A stretch of DNA of 64,000 nt from an uncultured Gammaproteobacteria bacterium (GCA_937900515.1 CALCCU010000165.1:416-64415); one strand, 5' to 3'. Positions 1 through 9,622 are shown, counted from the first letter of the stretch. The notes: generated from the sequence alone by a model not told the origin. Numbers and translations: made by a program.

Positions 1-56
1 CTAAGCCTAGCAATATATGCCGCTTAATTTGAGGTAGCATCGGTGCGTTTTTAGTT

Positions 57-623
57 TTATGCTCGTGACATGAATTTTGCTGAAACGGTATTCACTTTAA
101 TAATTTCACCCGGTTCAATATATTCTGGCACTTGAATTTCTAGGCCAGTTGCAAACATGGCAGGTTTAGTACGAGCTGTCGCAGAGGCACCTTTAATGCC
201 GGGCGCAGTTTCGGTAATTTCCATCGCAACAGCTGCAGGAAGTTCGATAGCCACTAGAATGCCATCTAATAACACAGCAACAACACCTTCTAGACCCTCT
301 ACTAGGTAGAGCTTTTCATCTTCAATATCTTCTGCATTGATGGTGTATTGCTCATAATCTTCTAGGCTCATGAAAGTGTAGCCATCATCGTCTTTGTAAG
401 AAAATTGCAGGACTTTCTTTTCGCAATCTACTTCTTTTAGAAAGTCGTCGCCTTTAAGCGTTTCATCTAGTTTTTGCTTTGTTTTTAGGTGATTAAAGCG
501 AATTTTGTATAATGTTGATGCGCCACGAGAAGAAGGGTTGCGTACTTCAATTTCTTTTACTGAGTATGGCTGATCGTTCACTTCAACGACCATTCCGCGT
601 TTCAAATCACTAGCTTTAGGCAT
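57..623 (-). CDS. yeiP: Elongation factor P-like protein (YeiP/EfpL family)
   Basis: 188-aa ORF of EF-P length and layout. It has an N-terminal KOW-like MPKASDLKRGMVVEV segment and a C-terminal OB region with TETAPGIKGASATARTKPA. Confidence 0.85.
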   Translation of the reverse strand: MPKASDLKRGMVVEVNDQPYSVKEIEVRNPSSRGASTLYKIRFNHLKTKQKLDETLKGDDFLKEVDCEKKVLQFSYKDDDGYTFMSLEDYEQYTINAEDIEDEKLYLVEGLEGVVAVLLDGILVAIELPAAVAMEITETAPGIKGASATARTKPAMFATGLEIQVPEYIEPGEIIKVNTVSAKFMSRA

Positions 624-791
624 TGTATAACTCTTATTTATTAATTAAGTGGCAGCAATTATACCCGACTCTGCTCGGGCATTTTTCATGTTGTTGATGA
701 CGTATGTAATGAGGCTTTTAGAATCATTAGTATCGACAATGAGTGAATGCGTTAAAATTACCGTAATAAACACTATTAGACTGAGACAATC

Positions 792-1625
792 ATGGCTGAA
801 TTAGGCAAATTAAATACCTTAACTGTACTGAAGAAATTAGATTTTGGACTCTATTTAGATGGTGGTGATGGAGAAGAAATTTTATTGCCACGTCGTTATG
901 TGCCAGAAGGTTGTTCAGTGGGTGATGCAATTGAAGTGTTTGTCTATTTAGATTCTGAAGACATGGTGATTGCAACCACTGAAACGGCGAAAGCAGAGGT
1001 CGGTGAGTGTGCTTATCTTAAGGTGGTTGAAGTGAATCGCATCGGCGCTTTTTTGGACTGGGGCTTACCAAAAGATTTATTAGTACCCTATGGCGAACAA
1101 CAAGTCCCGATGCAAGTAGGCCAATCTTATGTGGTTTATCCTTATATTGATCCTGCTTCACAACGTATTGCCGCGAGTAGTAAATTAGATAAGTTTTTAG
1201 CGGATACATCACCTTATTATAAAGAGCAGCAGAAAGTGGATTTGATGATCTGTGGTCGTACCGATTTAGGTTATAAAGCGGTGGTCGATGGTGCAACAAT
1301 TGGTCTGATCTTTAATAGTGATGTGTTTAAGCCTATCCGTATTGGTCAGAAGATGAAGGGTTATATTAAACATATTCGTGCAGATAAAAAGCTGGATCTG
1401 TGTTTGCAATTGGTCACGCGTGAAGCATTAGATGACTTATCTGAAAAGATTCTGGCTTTTATCAAAGCGGAAGGCGGTCGTACTACGATGACTGAAAAAA
1501 GCCCTGCTGATGTTATTTCAAAACAGTTTGGCGTGAGTAAGTCGAGTTATAAAAAAGCACTGGGAAAACTGTATAAGAAGCGTCTAATCTTGATTGAAAA
1601 AACACATATAGAGTTGGTTAAGTAA
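792..1625 (+). CDS. S1 RNA-binding domain protein, CvfB/YitL family
   Basis: 277 aa with repeated S1-like barrels (LDFGLYLDGG..., IGAFLDWGLPKDLLVP). The basic C-terminal end resembles the winged helix of CvfB-type proteins. Confidence 0.7.
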   Translation: MAELGKLNTLTVLKKLDFGLYLDGGDGEEILLPRRYVPEGCSVGDAIEVFVYLDSEDMVIATTETAKAEVGECAYLKVVEVNRIGAFLDWGLPKDLLVPYGEQQVPMQVGQSYVVYPYIDPASQRIAASSKLDKFLADTSPYYKEQQKVDLMICGRTDLGYKAVVDGATIGLIFNSDVFKPIRIGQKMKGYIKHIRADKKLDLCLQLVTREALDDLSEKILAFIKAEGGRTTMTEKSPADVISKQFGVSKSSYKKALGKLYKKRLILIEKTHIELVK

Positions 1626-2551
1626 TGGCTGCTATCAATTGGTATCCTGGCCATATGCATAAGGCCAGCAAAGAGATGCGTAAGATCGTCCCTCAAGTTG
1701 ATCTTATTATTGAAGTGTTGGATGCTCGCATACCGTTTAGTAGTGAAAACCCGATGATTGGTGAGATTCGCGGTGATAAACCATGCATTAAGGTATTGAG
1801 TAAAAGTGATCTCGCAGATCCTGAAATGACCAAGCAATGGCAAGATTATTTCGAGCAAGAAAATGGTGTGAAAACTATCGCTTTGACTACGGAAGAACCT
1901 GAAAAGATGCGAGAATTGCTCAACCTCTGTCACAAAATGGTACCAGGTAAAAGAGGTGGTGATAGTCGCGTTGAAGCAATGATTATGGGCATTCCCAATG
2001 TCGGAAAATCGACATTGATCAATAATCTTGCAGGGCGAATGATCGCTAAAACAGGTAATGAGCCTGCGGTCACTAAAAACCAGCAACGCATAAAACTTGA
2101 ACAAGATATTTTGTTATTAGATACCCCGGGTGTGTTGTGGCCTAAACTAGAAAATCAGCATGGCGGCTATCGTTTAGCAATTACCGGTGCAATTAAAGAA
2201 ACAGCCGTGAGTAATGATGATATTGCGATGTATGCTGTGGGTTATTTCAGAGCAGCGTATCCAGAACTTTTAAAGCAGCGTTATAACTTAACTGAACTAT
2301 CTGAAGATGAGCAGCAGTTGCTCGAAGCGATTGGGGCTAAACGCGGTTGTTTGCGTGGTGGTGGACGCGTTGATTTAGATCGTGCTGCGAAAATTGTGTT
2401 AACGGAATTTCGTGATATCAGCATCGGTCGCATTACTTTAGAGACACCTGAAATGATGGAACGTGAGTTAATTGAAATGGCTGAACTACGCGCTGAGAAA
2501 GAAGCCAAACTTGCAGCTAAAAAGAAAAAAAGACAGCCTCAAAGAGGCTAA
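1625..2551 (+). CDS. rbgA: Ribosome biogenesis GTPase YlqF/RbgA (circularly permuted GTPase)
   Basis: N-terminal WYPGHMHKA signature. The G4 motif (LSKSD) precedes the G1 P-loop (GIPNVGKSTLIN) and DTPG, which is the permuted motif order. The start overlaps the stop of the preceding gene (TAATG). Confidence 0.88.
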   Translation: MAAINWYPGHMHKASKEMRKIVPQVDLIIEVLDARIPFSSENPMIGEIRGDKPCIKVLSKSDLADPEMTKQWQDYFEQENGVKTIALTTEEPEKMRELLNLCHKMVPGKRGGDSRVEAMIMGIPNVGKSTLINNLAGRMIAKTGNEPAVTKNQQRIKLEQDILLLDTPGVLWPKLENQHGGYRLAITGAIKETAVSNDDIAMYAVGYFRAAYPELLKQRYNLTELSEDEQQLLEAIGAKRGCLRGGGRVDLDRAAKIVLTEFRDISIGRITLETPEMMERELIEMAELRAEKEAKLAAKKKKRQPQRG

Positions 2552-2864
2552 TTTATCGTTAAGAAAGACGGGTTTATTCACGTGTTAGCATCATGAACGG
2601 GGAATAAGCCATAAGGTTCATGCCTTTGACCTAATTTGAGTCTAGCTAAGGTCTAATTTTATGAACCTTATTTAGAGTGTGATTGCTATGTGAGCGATAA
2701 CATTCTCAAAAAATACGCCAAGAATACTCAAACAAATATCAAAATAATCTCCTCGAACAAAAACAGTTTTCATCAGTAGGACTATTTTCACCTAAATAGG
2801 TCTTCACTTGAATCAGCTACCAACCTGTAACGAAAAGAAAATTAATGCAAGTCTACTAGCTAAT

Positions 2865-2908
2865 CTAAATGAGAATGGTTTGCATTGCTTTTTTGTTTAT
2901 GTGATAAT
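2865..2908 (+). promoter_or_regulatory. Candidate sigma70 promoter (TTGCAT-17-GATAAT) with a Fur-box-like element overlapping the -35
   Basis: CTAAATGAGAATGGTTTGCATT at 2865-2886, then a 17-nt spacer, then GATAAT at 2903-2908, about 35 nt upstream of the porin ATG. The 22-mer matches the box at 32705-32726 (minus strand) at 19 of 22 positions. Confidence 0.45.
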
Positions 2909-2943
2909 TACCTCAATTATTTTGACGAAATTGGGAATGAGTA

Positions 2944-4209
2944 ATGAACTTTAAGAAAACGGTACTGGCTTTAAGCGTGATGGCTGCAGCAACAACTTCG
3001 GCAAATGCCGCTGCACCTAGCAATGAAGAAATCTGGCAGAAGTTGTTAGAAATGCAACAACAAATGGCGCAAGTTCAAGAGAAAAACCAACAATTACAAG
3101 CTGAAAATGAAAGTTTGAAAACGAAAGTTGAAGCGACAGAAAAAGTTGCTTTAGAGGCAACAGAAGCTGCAGAAGCAGTCGCTATCGCTACAGAAGAGGC
3201 AGTAAAAACAGCTTCTTCGGCTATGGATAAAAACTCAATAGGTGGTTATGGTGAGCTTCACTATAACAACCTAGAAGATGAAAATGGCAATGATACAAAA
3301 GAGATCGATTTTCACCGTTTCGTATTGTATTTCGGTCATGAGTTTAGAGATGACCTACGCTTCTTCTCTGAGTTAGAGCTTGAGCACAGTATTGCTGGTG
3401 ATGGCAAAAGTGGTGAGATTGAGTTAGAGCAAGCGTATATCGAATACGATATGAATGAACAGCATAGTGTTAAGGGTGGTTTGTTTTTATCACCTGTTGG
3501 CATTATCAATGAAACGCATGAGCCTAATACGTTCTATGGAACAGAGCGTAACAATGTAGAAAAAAATATTATTCCAGCAACATGGTGGGCTGCAGGTGCA
3601 ATGTTTAGTGGTGAGATTGGCAATGGCTTTAGTTACGACGCTGCGGTGACATCAGGTCTTGATGTAACTGCAGGAGGAACTAAAACAACGTATAAAATTA
3701 GAGATGGTCGTCAAAAAGTATCTAAAGCGTTGGCAGAAGACTTAGCGTACACAGGTCGTTTGAAATGGACAGGAATTCCAGGTGTTGAGTTAGGTTTAAC
3801 TGCACAGTATCAAGAAGATATTACTCAAAGTCAGGATGCTACAGCTGGTAGTGCAACATTATTAGAAACACATGCCGTTCTTCAACGTGGTGCTTTCGGA
3901 TTACGTGCTTTATATGCAACATGGGATCTTGAAGGTTCAGGCCCAGCGGCACAAGGTTATGATGAGCAAACAGGTTGGTATGTTGAGCCTTCATTCCGCA
4001 TTAATGAAAACTTTGGTGTGTTTGCACGCTATAACGAGTGGGATAACCAAGCGGGCGATGCTCTTGATAGTGAATACGACCAAATTGATTTAGGTGTTAA
4101 CTGGTGGCCGCATCAAGATGTGGTTGTGAAACTTGATTACCAAATGCAAGATAAACCAGCTGGTGGCGAGTTAGATGGCTTCAATGTTGGACTTGGCTAC
4201 CAGTTCTAA
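2944..4209 (+). CDS. Outer-membrane porin with N-terminal coiled-coil segment
   Basis: Signal peptide (MNFKKTVLALSVMAAATTSANA), a Q/E-rich heptad stretch, then alternating beta-strand sequence ending in aromatic ...GLGYQF, which is typical of a beta-barrel C-terminus. Confidence 0.7.
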   Translation: MNFKKTVLALSVMAAATTSANAAAPSNEEIWQKLLEMQQQMAQVQEKNQQLQAENESLKTKVEATEKVALEATEAAEAVAIATEEAVKTASSAMDKNSIGGYGELHYNNLEDENGNDTKEIDFHRFVLYFGHEFRDDLRFFSELELEHSIAGDGKSGEIELEQAYIEYDMNEQHSVKGGLFLSPVGIINETHEPNTFYGTERNNVEKNIIPATWWAAGAMFSGEIGNGFSYDAAVTSGLDVTAGGTKTTYKIRDGRQKVSKALAEDLAYTGRLKWTGIPGVELGLTAQYQEDITQSQDATAGSATLLETHAVLQRGAFGLRALYATWDLEGSGPAAQGYDEQTGWYVEPSFRINENFGVFARYNEWDNQAGDALDSEYDQIDLGVNWWPHQDVVVKLDYQMQDKPAGGELDGFNVGLGYQF

Positions 4210-4234
4210 GTTGAGCTGAGTAATAGATTAAGAA

Positions 4235-4777
4235 ATGGCGAGATTAAGTCAACAATATAGAGTTAAACAGAGCCTTCGTTTGCTAGGTATTGCTTTACTT
4301 ATGATCGCCTTTTCTGTTTCTGCCCGAGGCGTTTATCAAAGTGATGAAGCATTTTTAAACGAGGCGTTTAATAATGAAGTGCCCAGAAGTAAAGTGGTGT
4401 GGAATAAAGGTGAATTGCGCCAAGCGATTTCGACTATTTTAGGTCATGATTATGCTGGTTTGCGTATTCGGTATTGGAAAGACAATAATCGCAGCAGTTG
4501 GATTTTAGAAGAAATAGGAAAAGAAAAACCCATTACCTTTGGTGTCATTATTAGTGATGGAAAAGTTGAGCAAGTTAAGGTGCTCGCGTTTAGAGAAAGT
4601 CGGGGTGATGAGATTAGACATCCCGCATTTACAAGACAATTTGAACAGGCTGAATTAGAAAGTAATCAGCTAAATCGGCAAGTTGACGGTATTTCAGGGG
4701 CGACTATGTCAGTTAGGGCTATGACAGTGGTGGTAACACTGGCATTATATTTGGCTGAATCAATATCTACTGAGTAA
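4235..4777 (+). CDS. FMN-binding domain protein (periplasmic/membrane anchored)
   Basis: N-terminal hydrophobic anchor. The C-terminal VDGISGATMSVRAM matches the flavin-attachment (SGAT) motif of FMN_bind domains. Confidence 0.7.
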   Translation: MARLSQQYRVKQSLRLLGIALLMIAFSVSARGVYQSDEAFLNEAFNNEVPRSKVVWNKGELRQAISTILGHDYAGLRIRYWKDNNRSSWILEEIGKEKPITFGVIISDGKVEQVKVLAFRESRGDEIRHPAFTRQFEQAELESNQLNRQVDGISGATMSVRAMTVVVTLALYLAESISTE

Positions 4778-4781
4778 TTTA

Positions 4782-5501
4782 ATGAACCGTAAAATGCGAG
4801 TATTACATCGAACTATGGGCGCAGTGATTGCCATATTCGTTCTATTATTAGCGGTGACCGGGGTGATGCTCAACCATACAAGTGACTTTGAATTAGATAA
4901 ACGTTATTTAACGTGGGATTGGTTGCTTTCACATTATGGTGTGGGAACTGTTGAACCTGATGTCGTTTATTTACTAGATCAAAGTGCTATTTCGCAATTT
5001 GGTTCACAAGTCTTTATCGATGCTAGCCCAGTTGTAAACTCTCAAACTGCTATTTTAGGTGGTGTAGTCATTGATAACTTAATGGTTTTAGCAACCGAAA
5101 GTGAACTGCTGCTATTTACTCATGAGGGTGAATTCATTGAGAAAATGTCTGCTAGTGCAGGTGTACCGCCATTAATTCAGAATATTGGCCTGTTTCATGG
5201 TGAGCCAGTGTTACAAACTCGTAACGGCATGTGGCGTAGTGACTTTTTATTAGATCAATGGGAAGCAATTTCTCTACAAGGTGTTGGTTGGAGTCAACCT
5301 GAACCTATGCCTGATAATGTTGAAAAAGCATTAGCGGAGTATTTTCATGGTCGTGGAATTAGTATTGAACGCTTTGTTCTTGATTTACATAATGGTCGTA
5401 TTTTAGGTAATGTCGGTGTTTGGTTTATCGATATAATTGCAGGCCTACTCATTGTTATTTCATTAACGGGGATATGGATGTGGTTACGACGAGTAAGCTG
5501 A
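4782..5501 (+). CDS. PepSY-associated transmembrane protein
   Basis: N-terminal RVLHRTMGAVIAIFVLLLAVTGVMLNH and C-terminal LHNGRILG...FIDIIAGLLIVISLTGIWMW are the paired PepSY_TM helices. Confidence 0.7.
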   Translation: MNRKMRVLHRTMGAVIAIFVLLLAVTGVMLNHTSDFELDKRYLTWDWLLSHYGVGTVEPDVVYLLDQSAISQFGSQVFIDASPVVNSQTAILGGVVIDNLMVLATESELLLFTHEGEFIEKMSASAGVPPLIQNIGLFHGEPVLQTRNGMWRSDFLLDQWEAISLQGVGWSQPEPMPDNVEKALAEYFHGRGISIERFVLDLHNGRILGNVGVWFIDIIAGLLIVISLTGIWMWLRRVS

Positions 5502-5551
5502 TCTGATGCAGACAGTAGTTTTTATTGTTGATTACAGCTAGGTTTTCCCTA

Positions 5552-6511
5552 ATGAGAAACCTTGAATTTCCCTATTTACCAAAAGACTTTATTCAAACTA
5601 AAGAAGGTTTTATCTTCGCTGTTGTCAGCTATCAACAACACGATGGAAAAGTAGGCTGCTTTTTACGTTATATTGAGACGCAGCAAGGATGGAAAAAAAT
5701 AGGCACGGAGCAAGCAAATAGCTTACTCGCTGAATCATACCCCCAATATTTATATCAATCACCACAGTTCGATGCTGCTTTTCATGCCGTATCTCCTCAA
5801 GATATTGTTCAACATCATCAACCAGAAGTACATTTACAGGCTGTTCTAGAGCGAGCACCTCGCGATGAAATTGAGCGTAAACTCCATCAATTACATGCTG
5901 TTATGGTGCGTTATAAGGTTGATTGCACCTGTTTAGGGCTGACAGGATCGATGTTAATTAATCAGCAGAAAATAACTTCTGATATTGACCTTGTTGTTTA
6001 TGGCCGAGATCAATTTCATCAAACACGACGAGCAGTAGCATTAGCCGTGGATGAGGGCTTACTCTCTCCCTTAGATACAGAGTTAATGCTAGACAATTTC
6101 GAGCGTCGTGCAGGTGAGTTGAGCTTAGAAGAGTTTTCATGGCATGAATATCGCAAATGGAATAAGGCTGCGATTGAAGGAACAAAGTTTGATATTGGAA
6201 TGGTTTGTTTACCGGGTGAGTTTGAACATGATGAACAGCAATATCAAAAACAAGGAACACGAACATTTAACACTACCGTGATTGATGATTATCGTGCATT
6301 TGATTTTCCCGCCATTTATACCGTTGATGATCCACTGATCAATCAAGTCGTATCATTTACACATACCTACGTTGGACAAGCACAGGTAGGTGAGAAAATT
6401 AGAGTTTCAGGCGCCGTAGAGAGAAATGAAGTTTCAGGTCAATGCCGGCTTATCGTTGGGTCATCCCGCGAAGCAATTGGTGAATATATAAAGGTTATAG
6501 AAAATGAATGA
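5552..6511 (+). CDS. Nucleotidyltransferase-fold protein with C-terminal OB-like barrel (uncharacterised)
   Basis: Pol-beta-type NTase motif [23 protein letters not shown]. The C-terminal region ([24 protein letters not shown]...) looks like an OB barrel. I prefer the ATG at 5552 over the TTG at 5525. The stop overlaps the gnd start by 8 nt. Confidence 0.55.
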   Translation: MRNLEFPYLPKDFIQTKEGFIFAVVSYQQHDGKVGCFLRYIETQQGWKKIGTEQANSLLAESYPQYLYQSPQFDAAFHAVSPQDIVQHHQPEVHLQAVLERAPRDEIERKLHQLHAVMVRYKVDCTCLGLTGSMLINQQKITSDIDLVVYGRDQFHQTRRAVALAVDEGLLSPLDTELMLDNFERRAGELSLEEFSWHEYRKWNKAAIEGTKFDIGMVCLPGEFEHDEQQYQKQGTRTFNTTVIDDYRAFDFPAIYTVDDPLINQVVSFTHTYVGQAQVGEKIRVSGAVERNEVSGQCRLIVGSSREAIGEYIKVIENE

Positions 6512-7970
6512 AGTAAAAATATCTAAGGAAGCTGATATTGGTCTCGTTGGTTTAGCGGTGATGGGCCAGAACTTAGTGTTAAATATGAATGACCATGGTT
6601 TTACAGTTGCAGTTTATAACCGCACAACCAGTAAAGTAGATGAGTTTTTAGAAGGGCCAGCAAAAGACACCAATGTGATTGGTTTTCATGACTTGAAAGG
6701 GTTTGTTGATAGTCTTAAAGCACCACGCCGTGTCATGCTGATGGTTAAAGCTGGTCCTGTTGTCGATCACTTTATTGAACAGCTTCTCCCTTATTTAGAG
6801 AAAGGGGATATCATCATTGATGGTGGTAACTCACTTTATAATGATAGTGACCGTCGTACGCATCAGCTACATAAGAAAGGCATTTTATTTATTGGTAGTG
6901 GTGTTTCAGGTGGTGAAGAAGGGGCACGTTTTGGACCTTCGATTATGCCTGGTGGTAACCAAGCTGCTTGGTTGGCCGTTAAACCTATCTTCCAATCTAT
7001 CGCCGCTCAGGTTGATGGTGAAGCATGTTGTGACTGGGTAGGTAATGATGGTGCAGGACACTATGTAAAAATGGTTCATAACGGCATTGAATATGGTGAT
7101 ATGCAGCTGATCTGTGAAGCTTACCAATTGATGCGCGAAGGCTTAGGTATGTCTGGCAATGAAATTCAGGCTGTGTTTGCCGAGTGGAATGAAGGTGTAC
7201 TGGATTCATATTTAATTGAAATTACGCGTGATATTTTAGCGGTTAAAAATGATGATGGCACTTTATTGGTTGATGATATTTTAGATACTGCAGGCCAAAA
7301 AGGTACTGGTAAGTGGACGGGTATGAATGCCCTAGACTTAGGTATTCCTTTGACACTAATTGGTGAAGCCGTGTTCGCACGTTGCCTATCTGCTCGAAAA
7401 CATGAGCGTGTGATCGCTTCAAAAGTATTACCAAAATTAGCCGCTGAATTTAGTGGCGATAAAAAAGAAATGATAGATGCTATTCGTGATGCCTTATATG
7501 CATCAAAAATCATCTCTTACGCCCAAGGGTATATGTTGATGCGTGAAGCAGCAATTACGTATGGTTGGGAGTTAAACTACGGTGGTATTGCCTTAATGTG
7601 GCGTGGTGGCTGTATTATTCGCAGTCAATTCCTAGCCAATATTCGTGATGCATTCACTAATCAACCTGATTTAGAAAACTTATTGCTTGATCAGTTCTTT
7701 ATTGATGCAATTACGGAAGCATTACCAGGTTGGCGTAAAGCCGTGGGCACAGCGATTTCATTAGGTGTGCCTGCTCCAACATTTAGTAGCGCACTGTCTT
7801 TCTATGATGGTTATCGAAGTGAACGGTTACCAGCTAACTTATTACAAGCGCAGCGTGACTACTTTGGTGCTCATACTTATGAGCGTATAGATAAACCTCG
7901 TGGGGAGTTCTTCCATACTAACTGGACGGGCCGTGGTGGTGACATTTCAGCCACTAACTATGACGTGTAA
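6504..7970 (+). CDS. gnd: 6-phosphogluconate dehydrogenase, decarboxylating
   Basis: 488 aa with the Rossmann motif [15 protein letters not shown] and full-length collinearity with Gnd (…[16 protein letters not shown]…, …[13 protein letters not shown]…). Confidence 0.96.
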   Translation: MNEVKISKEADIGLVGLAVMGQNLVLNMNDHGFTVAVYNRTTSKVDEFLEGPAKDTNVIGFHDLKGFVDSLKAPRRVMLMVKAGPVVDHFIEQLLPYLEKGDIIIDGGNSLYNDSDRRTHQLHKKGILFIGSGVSGGEEGARFGPSIMPGGNQAAWLAVKPIFQSIAAQVDGEACCDWVGNDGAGHYVKMVHNGIEYGDMQLICEAYQLMREGLGMSGNEIQAVFAEWNEGVLDSYLIEITRDILAVKNDDGTLLVDDILDTAGQKGTGKWTGMNALDLGIPLTLIGEAVFARCLSARKHERVIASKVLPKLAAEFSGDKKEMIDAIRDALYASKIISYAQGYMLMREAAITYGWELNYGGIALMWRGGCIIRSQFLANIRDAFTNQPDLENLLLDQFFIDAITEALPGWRKAVGTAISLGVPAPTFSSALSFYDGYRSERLPANLLQAQRDYFGAHTYERIDKPRGEFFHTNWTGRGGDISATNYDV

Positions 7971-7989
7971 ATAAATTTAGTTACGCAAT

Positions 7990-8019
7990 AAAAAAAGGCC
8001 GTTTTAACGGCCTTTTTTA
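7990..8019. terminator. Bidirectional rho-independent terminator
   Basis: AAAAAAGGCCGTTTTAACGGCCTTTTTT: a GC stem flanked by an A-run and a T-run, between convergent gnd and the 8031..8462 gene. Confidence 0.8.
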
Positions 8020-8030
8020 TTGATTGAGTT

Positions 8031-8462
8031 TTATTCGTCAACTTCATCTACATCAGCCTGTCCTGACATACGACGGCGAATATGCGACCAAGACATCCCT
8101 GTGGCAAGAATGGCTGAGAATAAGAATAGGATCATGTAGGTCATTACTGAAATGCTATCTACACCTAAGAGCCCAAGATCTACTAACCACCAAACGATAA
8201 TAGCAAAGAAAGAAAATGCAAGGACAAGTCCAAGCGTGCCTAATGAGCGAAGAGTGGCTCTGATATATACCGTCCAGCCAATAGCTAATACGACAGCAGT
8301 CATAGCGAGCGGTGGGGTAATAGTTAATGACTCGCCTAATAATGCTTCTTTAGCCCAGTGGTAAAAGCTGTAGCCACTAGGGTTGTAGCTAAGAAAAACT
8401 AATAAGAGTGCAAATACTAGTCGAATGAAAAAACTTTGCCAGTTGAAGGTTGAGCTAGCCAT
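8031..8462 (-). CDS. Small integral membrane protein (about 4 TM), unknown function
   Basis: 143 aa with four hydrophobic segments and an acidic C-terminal tail (DVDEVDE). I recognise no family motif. Confidence 0.5.
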   Translation of the reverse strand: MASSTFNWQSFFIRLVFALLLVFLSYNPSGYSFYHWAKEALLGESLTITPPLAMTAVVLAIGWTVYIRATLRSLGTLGLVLAFSFFAIIVWWLVDLGLLGVDSISVMTYMILFLFSAILATGMSWSHIRRRMSGQADVDEVDE

Positions 8463-8587
8463 GCCTGATTCCTTAAATTATGGGTATGGAGTGTTTATTG
8501 ATGATTTTAGGGTATTATAAGCGAACTAAATACTTTTAATTGTCATGCAATGTAATTCATATTGCTGATGGGGCGAGGAGTGTAGTT

Positions 8588-9586
8588 ATGAGTCAACCCA
8601 TACTTCCTGATGTAAGCGAACAGGTTTTAGCCGCTACCTTAGAAATTATCAGCGATGGAATATGGGACTGGAATGCTTTAACAGGCCATGTGTACCGAAG
8701 CCCTGGCTGGTATAGAATGCTCGGTTATGATGTAGACTCATTAGAAAATACAGTTTTTACTTGGGAAAGTGTAATCTACCCTGATGATTACGAACGAGTA
8801 ATGGCACACTTTGAAGCCTATATTTCTGGAAAATTAGCTACTTACAAAATCCAATATCGTTGTGTTACAAAGTCTGGTGGATTTATCTGGATAGAAGATC
8901 GGGGGCGAATTGTTGAACGGACGAACGAAGGTGATGTCGCTCGAATGATTGGCGCTCACCGAGATATTCATGCAGAAAAAATACTTCTAGAAAAGAGTAT
9001 GAGTGAGTCCTTATCATTGCAGAAAATGGTTGAGTTAAGAACTCATGAATTAAGTGAGATCAACCTACAGCTTGCAAAAAAAGTACATGAAGTCGAACGC
9101 CTTGCAACTGTTGACCCTCTTACCTCATTAGCAAATAGGTATTACTTCGAACACAAAATTGAGACTGAAGTTAGCCGAGCAAAACGCTTTAATCAGCCGT
9201 TGTCATTAATTGCCATTGATATTGATCACTTCAAAAATATTAATGATGATTTTGGGCATGCTTCTGGTGATAAAGCATTGGTTGCAATGGCAAATATTAT
9301 ATTAAACAACATTCGTGAAGTTGATACTGCAGCACGTTGGGGTGGTGATGAGTTAATGATTATTCTTCCCAATACACAACTCACCGATGCAACAGATTTA
9401 GCTGAAAAATTACGTGTATTAATAGGAGAGCTGCAATTAGAAATTGATACGAATATAACTGCAAGTTTTGGTGTTTCAGAATATAGTCTTGGGGAAACTA
9501 CGAAGCACCTTATGATTCGTACGGATGGCGCACTCTATGAGGCAAAAGAGTCAGGAAGAAACTTAGTGGCTGTAGCTAATGACTAG
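8588..9586 (+). CDS. PAS-domain diguanylate cyclase (GGDEF domain with GGDEL variant)
   Basis: PAS/PAC region (ISDGIWDWN...YRCVTKSGGFIWIEDRGR), a coiled linker, then a GGDEF domain (DIDHFKNINDDFGH...RWGGDELMIILP). The ATG at 8588 has a GAGGAG Shine-Dalgarno upstream, so I prefer it to 8540. Confidence 0.85.
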   Translation: MSQPILPDVSEQVLAATLEIISDGIWDWNALTGHVYRSPGWYRMLGYDVDSLENTVFTWESVIYPDDYERVMAHFEAYISGKLATYKIQYRCVTKSGGFIWIEDRGRIVERTNEGDVARMIGAHRDIHAEKILLEKSMSESLSLQKMVELRTHELSEINLQLAKKVHEVERLATVDPLTSLANRYYFEHKIETEVSRAKRFNQPLSLIAIDIDHFKNINDDFGHASGDKALVAMANIILNNIREVDTAARWGGDELMIILPNTQLTDATDLAEKLRVLIGELQLEIDTNITASFGVSEYSLGETTKHLMIRTDGALYEAKESGRNLVAVAND

Positions 9587-9618
9587 CTATGAGCCTCGGA
9601 CTCATAGCTAGTCTTTTC
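9584..9618. terminator. Hairpin terminator between convergent genes
   Basis: TAGCTATGAG-CCTCGGA-CTCATAGCTA is a perfect 10-bp stem followed by GTCTTTTC. It lies between the GGDEF gene and guaA. Confidence 0.6.
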
Positions 9619-9622
9619 TGGG

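Noticed and set aside
1547-2104. 185-aa minus-strand ORF
   Set aside because: It is antisense to rbgA and the CvfB-like gene, has no recognisable motifs, and is a shadow ORF.
2688-2704. ATGTGAGCGATAACATT, which resembles the lac operator core GTGAGCGGATAAC
   Set aside because: It is a single asymmetric half-like match with no LacI/GalR-family gene or sugar operon nearby, so it is most likely chance similarity.
5525-5551. Upstream-extended starts proposed by the ORF track (5525 TTG, 8540, 23666, 26407, 32283)
   Set aside because: In each case an internal ATG has a better Shine-Dalgarno, or matches the known family N-terminus (Ubi[10 protein letters not shown], PrlC MTNPLL), or avoids a long overlap with the upstream gene. 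The shorter models were used.
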